A DNA stretch of 31,971 bases from a virus (Duplodnaviria; Caudoviricetes). Positions 16,522 through 25,712 of this stretch are shown here, in pieces (within the stretch, counting starts at the first letter, position 1; each line of letters begins with the position of its first letter). A program made the position numbers and the translations under genes. The notes below the pieces were generated by a model, which was not told the origin of the DNA, did not search any database, and saw only the letters and a list, made by a program, of their open reading frames with translations. The stretch is from positions 1 through 31,971 of IMG/VR virus record IMGVR_UViG_3300032373_001196, one strand, 5' to 3'.

Positions 16522-17475
16522 ATGGCTAGAGCATATGGGTCAGCGGCCCAAGTGCTGCTTAAGCGTGAAAGCAGCTATGGACAAGTGCCAACAGGAAATT
16601 ATTTACGCATACCTTTTACCCAAAGCTCATTGGGCAGTGAGCAGAATTTGATTGATGATCCTGTATTGGGCCAAGGACGTGATCCTTTAGCACCTTTGCG
16701 GGATGTAATCATGGTGGAAGGTGATATTACCATTCCCATTGACCCTGTTTATCTGGGGATTTGGCTGACGGGATTGTTTGGAGATCCCATCTCATCAGAT
16801 AATGGCGATGGATCATATGACCATGAATTTCGTTCTGGTTCTTTGGCTTTACCAAGCTATGCCATTGAAGTTGGCATGCCAGAAGTGCCAGCCTTTTATA
16901 TGGAAGCTGGTTGTAAGGTGGGCTCTATCGGTTTTGACTTTCAAACCTCTGGTGCAGCTCAAGCTTCTATCAATTTGATCGCACAAGGTGAAACAAGAAA
17001 CAACAGTTCCCAAGGTGGAACGCCTGTTGATCTGCCATTTACACGGATCAGCCAATTCCAAGGCTTCATTCGTCAAGCTGGGGTGCCAGTGGCAAACCTC
17101 ACTTCTGGCTCCCTCACATACACCAACAATCTTGAGAAGATCCAGACTATCCGTAGTGATGGAAAGATTGATGGGGCGGATGCCACTATTGCCGGCTTAA
17201 GTGGAAATATTAATGTGCGCTATTCTGATAATACGCTGATTGATTTGGCCTCTGCCGGTACACCGGTTGATCTGGAATTTGGTTATGAAGTTTCGCCCAG
17301 CAAAAAGCTTTTAATCACCGCCCATGAGGTTCACTTGCCTAAACCTAAACTTGGCATTGATGGCCCCGGTGGTGTTGAAGCCGGCTATGATTTTGCAGGG
17401 GCAAAAAATGATACCGCCGGTCGGATGGTAACAGTCACATTAACCAATGAAGATGATGGAGCCATTTACCTATGA
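16522..17475 (+). CDS. Major tail tube protein
   Basis: MARAYGS, SLGSEQNLI, LGQGRDP, IEVGMPEVP. Confidence 0.88.
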   Translation: MARAYGSAAQVLLKRESSYGQVPTGNYLRIPFTQSSLGSEQNLIDDPVLGQGRDPLAPLRDVIMVEGDITIPIDPVYLGIWLTGLFGDPISSDNGDGSYDHEFRSGSLALPSYAIEVGMPEVPAFYMEAGCKVGSIGFDFQTSGAAQASINLIAQGETRNNSSQGGTPVDLPFTRISQFQGFIRQAGVPVANLTSGSLTYTNNLEKIQTIRSDGKIDGADATIAGLSGNINVRYSDNTLIDLASAGTPVDLEFGYEVSPSKKLLITAHEVHLPKPKLGIDGPGGVEAGYDFAGAKNDTAGRMVTVTLTNEDDGAIYL

Positions 17476-17987
17476 AACTCACCCACAACACCGCAGATCC
17501 CTACACAATCGAACTCCCCTACGGGATTGAAGTTGAAATCACTCCCTTGACCAGCGCTTCTATGGGTTTGTGCCAATCCAAGGCCCGGAAGATTGTTCAA
17601 GATGAAAACATAGAAGATGAAGCTGAGAAGGATGCGCGCTATTCTCAAGAACTGATTGCACAGTTGGGCATTCGCCATATTAAAAGCTGGTCAGGTGTTT
17701 TAGGGGAAGATGATAAAGATGCTGAATTAACACCTGATGCGATCAAAGCATTATTTGATGTGTATCCTGTTGCGGATCGATTTTTTCAGGAAATCACGGT
17801 TAAGCAGTTGTTGGTCAATGCTGCAAAAAACGGATTAAGGCTCTCTGCCGATGGCATTTCGGCGGTGGAGCCCAATACTGCGGAAAATGCCAGCAACAAG
17901 ATCTCGCCTGTGCAAGAGGAAATGTTGGAACCGATGGAAAGCAATGCCCCTACGTCCAACACGAACTCCAGTCAGAAGAAGAATTAG
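17472..17987 (+). CDS. Tail assembly chaperone (gpG-like)
   Basis: IKSWSGV motif; between tube and tape measure; contains a slippery site. Confidence 0.8.
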   Translation: MKLTHNTADPYTIELPYGIEVEITPLTSASMGLCQSKARKIVQDENIEDEAEKDARYSQELIAQLGIRHIKSWSGVLGEDDKDAELTPDAIKALFDVYPVADRFFQEITVKQLLVNAAKNGLRLSADGISAVEPNTAENASNKISPVQEEMLEPMESNAPTSNTNSSQKKN

Positions 17988-18184
17988 AAATCTTTCACAT
18001 CATCGAGCTCTGCAAAAGCCAACTGAAACTCGCACCCAATGGGCATGTACTGGGTATTGATTTGGCGCTTGCTTTGAAATTAGCAGAACAACGCCAGCTT
18101 GATCCTGAGTTGGCTATTGAATTGTTGGAATCCGGGGAAGCCGGATTCACAGAAGGTTTTCATGAACGCACTAACACAAAGTAA
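17825..18184 (+). CDS. -1 frameshift extension of the tail chaperone (gpGT-like)
   Basis: A AAA AAC at 17825-17831; -1 frame open for 119 codons (KKRIKALCRWHFGGGAQYCGKC...CPY...VLGIDL...) to TAA 18182-18184; not in the ORF track. Confidence 0.85.
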   Translation, partial: KKRIKALCRWHFGGGAQYCGKCQQQDLACARGNVGTDGKQCPYVQHELQSEEELEIFHIIELCKSQLKLAPNGHVLGIDLALALKLAEQRQLDPELAIELLESGEAGFTEGFHERTNTK

Positions 18185-20633
18185 ATCACGCACCTATGCT
18201 ATCCGCCTAACAGCCGTAGGCGGTGGCAAAGTAAAAGCCGAGCTCATGGAGGTTGGGAAAAGCGGTGAGCGCTCAATGGATAAAATTGAAGATGGGGCCA
18301 AGGATGCATCTCGCAGCCTAGCCGGTCTCAACAAAAGCGCTGGAAAGTTGCGTTTTGGGGCAAAGGCAATGGGAGCGGCCTTGGCTGGCATTGCCACTGT
18401 TGGTGGCTTAAAGATGTTGATTTCAAGCTCATTGGAAGCGGCGGATACTATTGGTAAAACAGCTGATAAGCTGGGTGTAAACATTGAAGCCTTACAAGAA
18501 TTGCGTTATGCCGCTCAGCTGGCCGGTGTAGAGCAACGCACCTTTGATATGGGTTTACAGCGCTTTATTCGCCGTGTGGGTGAAGCAGCCAAGGGAACTG
18601 GTGAAGCAAAGCAAGCCCTGAATGATATGGGGATTCAGCTCAAAGATAATGATGGGCGGATTCGCGCTGCGGAAGATTTGCTGGGTGATGTGGCTGATGC
18701 CTTGAATGGGACGGAAGATTCCGCTGAGCGCTTGAGATTAGCGTTTAAACTATTTGATTCAGAGGGTGTGGCCTTGGTCAATGTATTGGCCGGCGGATCT
18801 GAGCATTTGGAAATGATGCGTCAGCGTGCGCAGGATCTCGGTATTGTCTTGGAGGAAGATCTTGTCCGTGATGCTGAGCGCGCCAAAGATGAATTGGATA
18901 CATTGGGTAAAGTTATCTCCACCAATGTTAACCGGGCAATACTGGATGCAACCCCACTGATTGTAGGCTTTTCAGAGGGTTTATCTTATCTGGTTTCAGA
19001 AGCAGGTGAAAAATATGACATTCTGAAACAAGTTTTTCAGGGTGATTTTGCGCTAGAAGGCTTGAGCCCGCGCACCGTAAAACGACTTGCTGATGAATAC
19101 ACACAAGAATTTGAAAAATGGGGTGCTGCTTTAGAGAAGTTTGGCCCCAATGCCTCTGGTGGGCCTGTCAGGTATATGCAGAAGCGGATGGAAGAAGCTG
19201 GCCGTTTGGCTCAAGTTTGGAACTCGCGTCTTGAAGATCTTGAACAAGAGCGGGAAGAAAATATTAAAACCATCAATGAAAATTCAACAGCGGCAGCTAT
19301 TGAAGAAGATATCAATAAAGGAAAACGCCTTCTCCAGATTGAGAAGCAATTTCAAAAGCAACTATTTGATCTTACCCATAAAGGTGCTGACAAGATTAAA
19401 ATCGAATACAAGCAACTTTCAGAGGAAGTTGCCGGCCTTATCTTCCCTGATGGCAGTAATGCAGAACAATTGAATGGATTGATTGAGCAAGCAGCACAGA
19501 TCCGGGATTTGCGCCTTGGTGAAATCGCTGAGAAAGAAGCCGAAGCCGCAAGAAAGCGTGTGGAAGCCAATAATAAGGTGATTGAATCCTTACAAAGTGA
19601 GCTGGATATTCTGAAACTGTCAGAAAAAGAGAAGTTCATCCAGCAAGCTTTAAGCCGAGCGTCAGCTGATGCAACAGCGGAGCAAGCCACAGAAATTCGT
19701 AAACTGTCAGCTGCTTTGTTTGAGGAAAAAGGAGCATTAGAGGCAGCCAATGATGCTGAAAAAGAGGCGCAACAGCTGAGAGAGAAAGCTGTTAATCTGA
19801 CCCTTGAGCTGCGCTCGGCTGAGGAAGTCTATCATGATGAAATCAGAGAGCTTATCAGGCTTAAACAAGAAGCTGGACTTTCACAGGATACTTTTGCGGA
19901 AAGCTCACAGCGATCCTATGATAAATTGCTGGATGCAAGTAATACGTGGTCAGCTGGTGTACAGCGCGCTATTCGAGATTATTTGCGTGAAGCCAGCGAT
20001 GTTTCAGTTGAGTTTGAAAACCTAACAACCAGTGCCTTGCAATCAACAGAAGATGCCTTTGTGCAGTGGGCTTTGACAGGAAAGGCTTCTGCTCGAGATT
20101 TGTTTAATACCATCGCAGAAGAAGCTTTGCGTGCTGCCACAAGCTTAGCTATCACCCAGCCTTTGGGGGGTGTCTTTGATAGTGTGTTTGGAGCCATTGG
20201 AGATTCCCTTGCCGGCTCATTTTCTACCGCACATGGCGGAGGTGTGATTGGCAAAGATAAATTGGGATCAAAGGTGGTTCCTGTTTCTGTATTTGCTAAC
20301 GCTCCTAAATTTCATGGTGGTGGGTTGGTTGGTGGTGAAGTACCAATTATCGCCCGTAAAGGTGAAACAGTATTTACGCCAGAGCAAATGAGTGCATTGG
20401 GCAATGTGATGTCTCGGCCCAATATGAGCGTATCGGTAAACGTCCAAAACAATGCAGCCGGCGCAGAAGCGAGAGCGGAAGCCCGAGAAGACGGCAATGG
20501 CAACATGGCCATTGAGATTGTGGTGGATGAAGTTGAAAGCCGCATGGCACGTAATATTGGCCGTGGCTCAGGGTTAGCCCCCACGCTTGAAAGTCGCTAT
20601 GGGCTCAATCCAGCTGCGGGAAGTTACCGATGA
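18162..20633 (+). CDS. Tail tape measure protein, lambda family
   Basis: Long Ala/Glu-rich helical protein, C-terminal APKFHGGG...GEVPIIARKGETV; start re-assigned to ATG 18162. Confidence 0.92.
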   Translation: MNALTQSKSRTYAIRLTAVGGGKVKAELMEVGKSGERSMDKIEDGAKDASRSLAGLNKSAGKLRFGAKAMGAALAGIATVGGLKMLISSSLEAADTIGKTADKLGVNIEALQELRYAAQLAGVEQRTFDMGLQRFIRRVGEAAKGTGEAKQALNDMGIQLKDNDGRIRAAEDLLGDVADALNGTEDSAERLRLAFKLFDSEGVALVNVLAGGSEHLEMMRQRAQDLGIVLEEDLVRDAERAKDELDTLGKVISTNVNRAILDATPLIVGFSEGLSYLVSEAGEKYDILKQVFQGDFALEGLSPRTVKRLADEYTQEFEKWGAALEKFGPNASGGPVRYMQKRMEEAGRLAQVWNSRLEDLEQEREENIKTINENSTAAAIEEDINKGKRLLQIEKQFQKQLFDLTHKGADKIKIEYKQLSEEVAGLIFPDGSNAEQLNGLIEQAAQIRDLRLGEIAEKEAEAARKRVEANNKVIESLQSELDILKLSEKEKFIQQALSRASADATAEQATEIRKLSAALFEEKGALEAANDAEKEAQQLREKAVNLTLELRSAEEVYHDEIRELIRLKQEAGLSQDTFAESSQRSYDKLLDASNTWSAGVQRAIRDYLREASDVSVEFENLTTSALQSTEDAFVQWALTGKASARDLFNTIAEEALRAATSLAITQPLGGVFDSVFGAIGDSLAGSFSTAHGGGVIGKDKLGSKVVPVSVFANAPKFHGGGLVGGEVPIIARKGETVFTPEQMSALGNVMSRPNMSVSVNVQNNAAGAEARAEAREDGNGNMAIEIVVDEVESRMARNIGRGSGLAPTLESRYGLNPAAGSYR

Positions 20634-21112
20634 TTATCATATGGCCCTCTGAAAAACTGCCATCCCCTACAATACAAGGGTATGGCATATCACCTGGGGA
20701 AGCGATTTTAAGAACGGAAATGGAGGCCGGCCCTGCAAGGCAGCGCCGGCGCTTCACGCAAGTTCCTAGCCGGATCAATGTGCGCTGGGTGATGACACAG
20801 GAACAATTTGCTGTTTTTGAAGCTTGGTATCGTTTCCAAGCCAAGGAAGGTGCCGAATGGTTTTTGATTGAGCTCAAAGGCGGGCTTGGACTTTTGGCGC
20901 AAGAAGCACGTTTTACAAGGCAATTTCAAGCGCGTGTGTATGCGGGTGTGTTATGGGAGGTCAGTTCTGAATTAGAGATTCGGGAACGGCCTACGTTGGA
21001 CGAAGGCACATTGGCGCTTCTGTTAGAGGAAGATTTGGTTGGGCTGCAAGCTGCCATTGATGAACTTTATGTGCTTGTTCATCAAACGTTGCCTCTTCAA
21101 TCGCCTTGGTAA
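20630..21112 (+). CDS. Distal tail protein (Dit/gpM-like)
   Basis: ILRTEMEAGPARQRRRFT, GAEWF; follows the tape measure. Confidence 0.8.
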   Translation: MIIIWPSEKLPSPTIQGYGISPGEAILRTEMEAGPARQRRRFTQVPSRINVRWVMTQEQFAVFEAWYRFQAKEGAEWFLIELKGGLGLLAQEARFTRQFQARVYAGVLWEVSSELEIRERPTLDEGTLALLLEEDLVGLQAAIDELYVLVHQTLPLQSPW

Positions 21113-21130
21113 ATTTACCCTGCCTCCACT

Positions 21131-21156
21131 GGGCCGCCTTCGGGCGGTCCTTTTTT
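21131..21156 (+). terminator. Intrinsic terminator
   Basis: GGGCCGCC-TTCG-GGCGGTCC followed by TTTTTT. Confidence 0.85.
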
Positions 21157-21168
21157 AAAGGATGAGAT

Positions 21169-21630
21169 ATGACTCTACAAACTGACCTGCAACAAGCCAT
21201 TGCACAGGTGCAAGCTGATGCTGCACTTTTGCATGATATCGTGAACGGGGATGATCAAACTGTTGTTATCACAGATGGCGGTGAAGTTAAATCTGTCGCC
21301 AAAGCCATTGCTGATATTGAAGCCAGTATCACGGCTAATCTTGCCATCATCACCCAAGCAGTCACAGATTCAGAAGCTGCCCAATTAGCCGCTGAAACAG
21401 CACAAACCGCCGCAGAATCCGCAAGAGATGAAGCCTTGGGTGCTGTTGGTGCTGTGAAAGTGGATGATGCTGATACCCAAGCAGAGCAATTGAATGAAAA
21501 GCTGATTGTGAGTGTGGGATTGGAAAAACAAACCAATGATATTGGCGGCGGTCAAAAGCAGCTGGAAATTCGCGCTCAGCAGCGCATTGATACGGCCACA
21601 AGCCTCTTTTTAACAGGAAACTATATCTAA
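21169..21630 (+). CDS. Tail fibre stem/adaptor (coiled coil)
   Basis: LLHDIVNGD..V.TDGGEVKSVAKAI N-terminus, Ala-rich coiled coil. Confidence 0.65.
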   Translation: MTLQTDLQQAIAQVQADAALLHDIVNGDDQTVVITDGGEVKSVAKAIADIEASITANLAIITQAVTDSEAAQLAAETAQTAAESARDEALGAVGAVKVDDADTQAEQLNEKLIVSVGLEKQTNDIGGGQKQLEIRAQQRIDTATSLFLTGNYI

Positions 21631-21643
21631 GGAGACAACCCCC

Positions 21644-22300
21644 ATGCCCACATCCGATAAACCGATCTTTATTCAAAACTATCGGGAGGATTTAACTTTT
21701 CTTCCAAGCGATAAGGCCAATGATCCCAAGTTGATCTTCACACCCGGCACAGATGCCAGCCGTGTGCACTCACTGGCTTTGGCAAGTGATGATGAAAATG
21801 ACCTAGAGATCCAGTTTGGTAAGGCAGAGGTTTTAACAGAAGTGGAAGTCAATGTGGTACCGGGGGATACGCCGTCTAGCGATCCTTGGACAATTGCTCG
21901 GCAAGATGGCGGTGATTACTTGGCCGATGGTTGGTATGTGGGCGCGATTGTCACGTTTGGATCTGATGTCACCGATATTGAAAACCGGGGTGATTATCGC
22001 ATTGTGGCCCTTACAACCGATACCATGAGCCTTGAGCCAGAAGCCTCCATTATTCAAGAATTAGGTGTGACCTTTAAATTCTGGAAGTGGCATCCGCGCT
22101 GGTCAATCATCGTTCCCCAACGGGCTGGTTTAGATGAAAACGACTCCCACTCTGGCCTAGATCAAGATGCCCAGCCTTGGCTTGATCAAACGGGGGATAG
22201 CTGGATGGTTTTAAAAGAACCACTATGGGCAAGACTTCCAGCCAATAAAGATGCTTCACGCGGCAATGTTACCGTCTCGATTTACTCAGGGGATTACTAA
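21644..22300 (+). CDS. Hypothetical virion protein of the fibre module
   Basis: 218 aa acidic beta-rich; RBS AAGGAG; coupled to the next gene. Confidence 0.65.
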   Translation: MPTSDKPIFIQNYREDLTFLPSDKANDPKLIFTPGTDASRVHSLALASDDENDLEIQFGKAEVLTEVEVNVVPGDTPSSDPWTIARQDGGDYLADGWYVGAIVTFGSDVTDIENRGDYRIVALTTDTMSLEPEASIIQELGVTFKFWKWHPRWSIIVPQRAGLDENDSHSGLDQDAQPWLDQTGDSWMVLKEPLWARLPANKDASRGNVTVSIYSGDY

Positions 22301-23856
22301 TGACCATTTCAACAATCACGCAAGATATGCCGCGTCCTTCACGGGGGGATCGTACACCAACGGACAAGGCTTTAAGGGGCAACCCCGCCAATCTGGTGAA
22401 GCATCTTGCCAATCATAGGCAACCTGGTACGCCAACTTTACGTTCGATGGGTTTTATCATGTATGACGGTAGCTTTCGTGTTGGAGGTGCGTCTAACTAT
22501 GGCTCTAACATGCAAGGAGACAATAACTTTTCTACATGGATGCCTCAAGTCACTGGAATTGGGGTGTTTGAAGATGGCACCTTTGATGAAGATTACCAGT
22601 GTGCGCAAATTCTGAAAGGCTATAACCACACTTTTTATCTATCCAAGAATGGGGATCTGTTTGGTTCAGGGTATAATGGGCATGGTCAGGTGGGTGATAA
22701 TGCGACCACCAATCGTAACTATTTTAGGCCCATTTATCCTTCGATCGGGCCAAGAGCCTCAATACCGCGCAAAATTGTTAAAGTGGTTGGCACCACTAAC
22801 GGCTATCCTTCAACAGCCTCTACCTTCTATGCTCTGTGTGAAGATGGCACGGTATGGGCTTGGGGTTATAACGGTTACGGCCAAGTGGGGGTTGGCAATA
22901 CCACCAGCAGTTATTACTACCCGCGCCACATGCGGGATAATTCTGGTACCTACATTGATGATGCCATTGATATTGAAGCGGCTGGGGCGGAGTATGGAGC
23001 CGTTCATATCGTTCGCAGGGATGGCACAGTGTGGGGGTGTGGTTACAATGGCTATGGCCAACTAGGTATGGGCCATGAAAGCAACCGTGTGTGGTTCTAC
23101 AAGTGCGTCTTGCCGGATAATGAACGCTTTATCAAAGTCAAATCCACAGGCTCTCAGGCCAGAGGGACAACACTATTCTTTACCAAATCTGGCAAGATCT
23201 ATGGGTGCGGTCATAGTTCTTACCTGCAAACGGGAACGGGTAGCAATGCCAACATCTACAGTACACCAGCTAAAGTTCTTTATCTTGGGGGTGACGGTGA
23301 ACCAAAAGTTGTTGATTTCTGGATTTATGGCGGACGCTATGGATCTGGTTACGCCACCGATTCCAACGGTGATTTCTGGATGTGGGGCTATAACGGTTAT
23401 GGCCAGCTTGGCACCAACAATACTACCCAATATAACCCGTTAAGAGCCCATGACACATGGATGGGTCGTCATGATTCAGGGCCACATGGTGCGCCTGAAA
23501 TCGTGCGCGTTGGCTTTGCTGGCTATGATGCTTATGGCATCACCTGTGCCGTTGCCAAAGATGGCCGTGGCTGGACAACTGGATACAATGGGCATGGTCA
23601 AACAGGGCATGGGCATGCTGGCAACCAACGCTATTGGCGCAAGCCCTTCCTGCCTTCTGGCAAAAAAGTGATGGATGCCGTGGGCTATGGACATTCTAAC
23701 CAGATTGTCATGTGCTATCTGACCGATGATGGGAATGCCTACACCAGCGGGTATAACGGTTTTGGGGCAGCCCTCCAGCATATAACAGATAGTAATCATG
23801 ATGGTGTGACCGAGTTTTACAACCGCTATATTCCAGGAAAGGTGATCTTCCCATGA
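22300..23856 (+). CDS. RCC1/BLIP-II-like beta-propeller protein, putative receptor-binding protein
   Basis: 7-8 repeats of GYNG(Y/H)GQ(L/V/T)G type. Confidence 0.85.
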   Translation: MTISTITQDMPRPSRGDRTPTDKALRGNPANLVKHLANHRQPGTPTLRSMGFIMYDGSFRVGGASNYGSNMQGDNNFSTWMPQVTGIGVFEDGTFDEDYQCAQILKGYNHTFYLSKNGDLFGSGYNGHGQVGDNATTNRNYFRPIYPSIGPRASIPRKIVKVVGTTNGYPSTASTFYALCEDGTVWAWGYNGYGQVGVGNTTSSYYYPRHMRDNSGTYIDDAIDIEAAGAEYGAVHIVRRDGTVWGCGYNGYGQLGMGHESNRVWFYKCVLPDNERFIKVKSTGSQARGTTLFFTKSGKIYGCGHSSYLQTGTGSNANIYSTPAKVLYLGGDGEPKVVDFWIYGGRYGSGYATDSNGDFWMWGYNGYGQLGTNNTTQYNPLRAHDTWMGRHDSGPHGAPEIVRVGFAGYDAYGITCAVAKDGRGWTTGYNGHGQTGHGHAGNQRYWRKPFLPSGKKVMDAVGYGHSNQIVMCYLTDDGNAYTSGYNGFGAALQHITDSNHDGVTEFYNRYIPGKVIFP

Positions 23857-24284
23857 CCATGCAAGTGTATTCTTATATCGAGCCCACAGATGGTGAGTGG
23901 GCTTTTGACACTCACGTTATTAATCCTGACGATGAACCGCCCCAATACCTCATGGAATATGAGGGGCGGCATTACATCGCCACAGACAGGGATTTAAGCG
24001 TTCAAGATGCACGGTGTGATTTCCAGGGGCCACATGATTTAAATGCCGATACCACCTTGAAAGAACAGTTGCAGAAATTTTCAGAGCCGATGCTTGGTGT
24101 GATGCAGAAAATGCGGGAAGAACGCCCCAAGATATATGAACTTTTAGAATGCATCATGCAGGAATTTAAAGAACGCCAAACAGCCGGAGAAAGCCTTTCC
24201 ACAGAATTAGTCAGTGCCTTAACCAAATGGCAGATGGCGGAAGATAACAATCCCAAACCTGATTATTTATTCTCAAGCAGCTAA
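23853..24284 (+). CDS. Hypothetical protein (fibre chaperone-like position)
   Basis: 143 aa; ATGA overlap with the RCC1 gene. Confidence 0.6.
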   Translation: MTMQVYSYIEPTDGEWAFDTHVINPDDEPPQYLMEYEGRHYIATDRDLSVQDARCDFQGPHDLNADTTLKEQLQKFSEPMLGVMQKMREERPKIYELLECIMQEFKERQTAGESLSTELVSALTKWQMAEDNNPKPDYLFSSS

Positions 24285-24287
24285 ACC

Positions 24288-24833
24288 ATGCCAGATCCAA
24301 CTTTATCAGAAGCCATCCGCGAAGCATACGCGGCGGCCCCATCAGATATTGTGGTATTGCATACACTCGAATTGCGCCACCCCGCCTTTTTGGATGATGA
24401 TGGCGAGAATACAGCTGTACGTGTGGTGCGAGATCATTCAGATCTTGATGCTAGATTGGAAACTGATGCCCCTGTGAATGCCGGCGAGATCGTGATGTTT
24501 GTGGCCATGGGATTTGAGCTGAATCTGCCACCTGTTGATACGGCCCCAGTGCCTGAGATTGTTGTGACGCTTGACAACATTTCCCGGGAGATCGTCAAGC
24601 ATTTAGATGCAGCTGCGGACTCTCAGGAAAAGATTGAAGTCACCTACCGGCCATATCTCTCAACAGATCTGGAAGGCCCACAACTTGACCCGCCCATTCA
24701 TCTGGTTTTGACAGAGGTGGAAGCAGATGTGTTCCGGGTGACCGGAAAAGCCCGGATGCTGGATATTGGGAATAAGGCTTTCCCTTCTGAAAACTATACA
24801 GCCAGAACCTACCCCGGATTAACGAGGCGATAA
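24288..24833 (+). CDS. Tail tip protein, DUF1833 (gpL-like)
   Basis: LSEAIREAYAAAP, LHTLELRHPAF, VTYRPYLSTDL. Confidence 0.85.
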   Translation: MPDPTLSEAIREAYAAAPSDIVVLHTLELRHPAFLDDDGENTAVRVVRDHSDLDARLETDAPVNAGEIVMFVAMGFELNLPPVDTAPVPEIVVTLDNISREIVKHLDAAADSQEKIEVTYRPYLSTDLEGPQLDPPIHLVLTEVEADVFRVTGKARMLDIGNKAFPSENYTARTYPGLTRR

Positions 24834-25235
24834 ATGCATTGGGCAAATCAATATATTGGTAAACCGTGGGTGGCAGGGGCGCGTGGGCCAGAGGCGTTTG
24901 ATTGTTGGGGGTTAGTGCTTTATGTGCAGCGTGAGCACTTTAATCGTGAACTCCCAACAATACCGGTTGATGCAGATAATTTAAACGCCTTGGCCCGTAC
25001 TTTTGGCCGGCACCCGGAACGCAAGCGCTGGAAGGAAGAAAAGCGCCCCCATGAGGGGGATGCTGTTTTATTGCGCCAAGCGCGCTACCCCATCCATGTG
25101 GGGATCTGGCTTGATGTGGATGGCGGGGGCATTCTGCACTGTGTCAAAGGGATGGGTGTGGTGTTTCAAAAAGAGCGAGATCTGATTAACGGAGGCTGGC
25201 GCATCGAAGGGTATTACAGATTTGTTGGAGAATGA
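24834..25235 (+). CDS. NlpC/P60 tail-associated peptidase (gpK-like)
   Basis: FDCWGLV, HVGIW, ILHC catalytic motifs. Confidence 0.92.
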   Translation: MHWANQYIGKPWVAGARGPEAFDCWGLVLYVQREHFNRELPTIPVDADNLNALARTFGRHPERKRWKEEKRPHEGDAVLLRQARYPIHVGIWLDVDGGGILHCVKGMGVVFQKERDLINGGWRIEGYYRFVGE

Positions 25236-25687
25236 AAAGTTACTTTGGCTCTGATAGGTTTGCGGGAACCACTGTGGTGTACCTCACAGAAAAGACATCC
25301 TTTTTTTGCGAGTTTCTCAAGCTTTTCATCCTGCACAGACATCCCTTGCCAATATTCACCCGGACGCAGGATATGGGGTAGACTGGTTTCGTTTACAAGA
25401 AAAGCTGTATTATCTCTTTTACGTATTATCGGCCATTTTGATGAGTAGTTCATGTAGCTCATGCTTTGAATAGTGGTTGGTAAATCACCATTATTAGCAA
25501 TATTAACAATAATATATTTTTCACTAGAATCACTTGGGACTATAATCATATTGGTATTGCATCGCATGTGCAATCTAGCGCCTTTTCGCCACCATTTGAT
25601 GATATCCCATAAAAATACCAATGTTGCGACTATAGCAGCATAAATAGCTATGAGATCAATCTGATCTGATGAAATTACGATTTCCAT
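25214..25687 (-). CDS. Antisense moron: N-terminal TM plus beta-sandwich-like domain
   Basis: 157 aa, visibly AT-richer than its flanks, IAIYAAIVATLVFLWDIIKWW. Confidence 0.75.
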   Translation of the reverse strand: MEIVISSDQIDLIAIYAAIVATLVFLWDIIKWWRKGARLHMRCNTNMIIVPSDSSEKYIIVNIANNGDLPTTIQSMSYMNYSSKWPIIRKRDNTAFLVNETSLPHILRPGEYWQGMSVQDEKLEKLAKKGCLFCEVHHSGSRKPIRAKVTFHSPTNL

Positions 25688-25712
25688 TTACTTTTACCCT
25701 TAAGCGTATGTT

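Noticed and set aside
17851-18060. ORF-track 69-aa ORF as the frameshift partner
   Set aside because: Wrong frame; the -1 frame from the slippery site (17825-18184) gives the plausible product.
22300-23856. Diversity-generating retroelement target or DNA-level repeat array
   Set aside because: No reverse transcriptase or template/variable repeat pair was seen; the repeats are protein-level with diverged codons.
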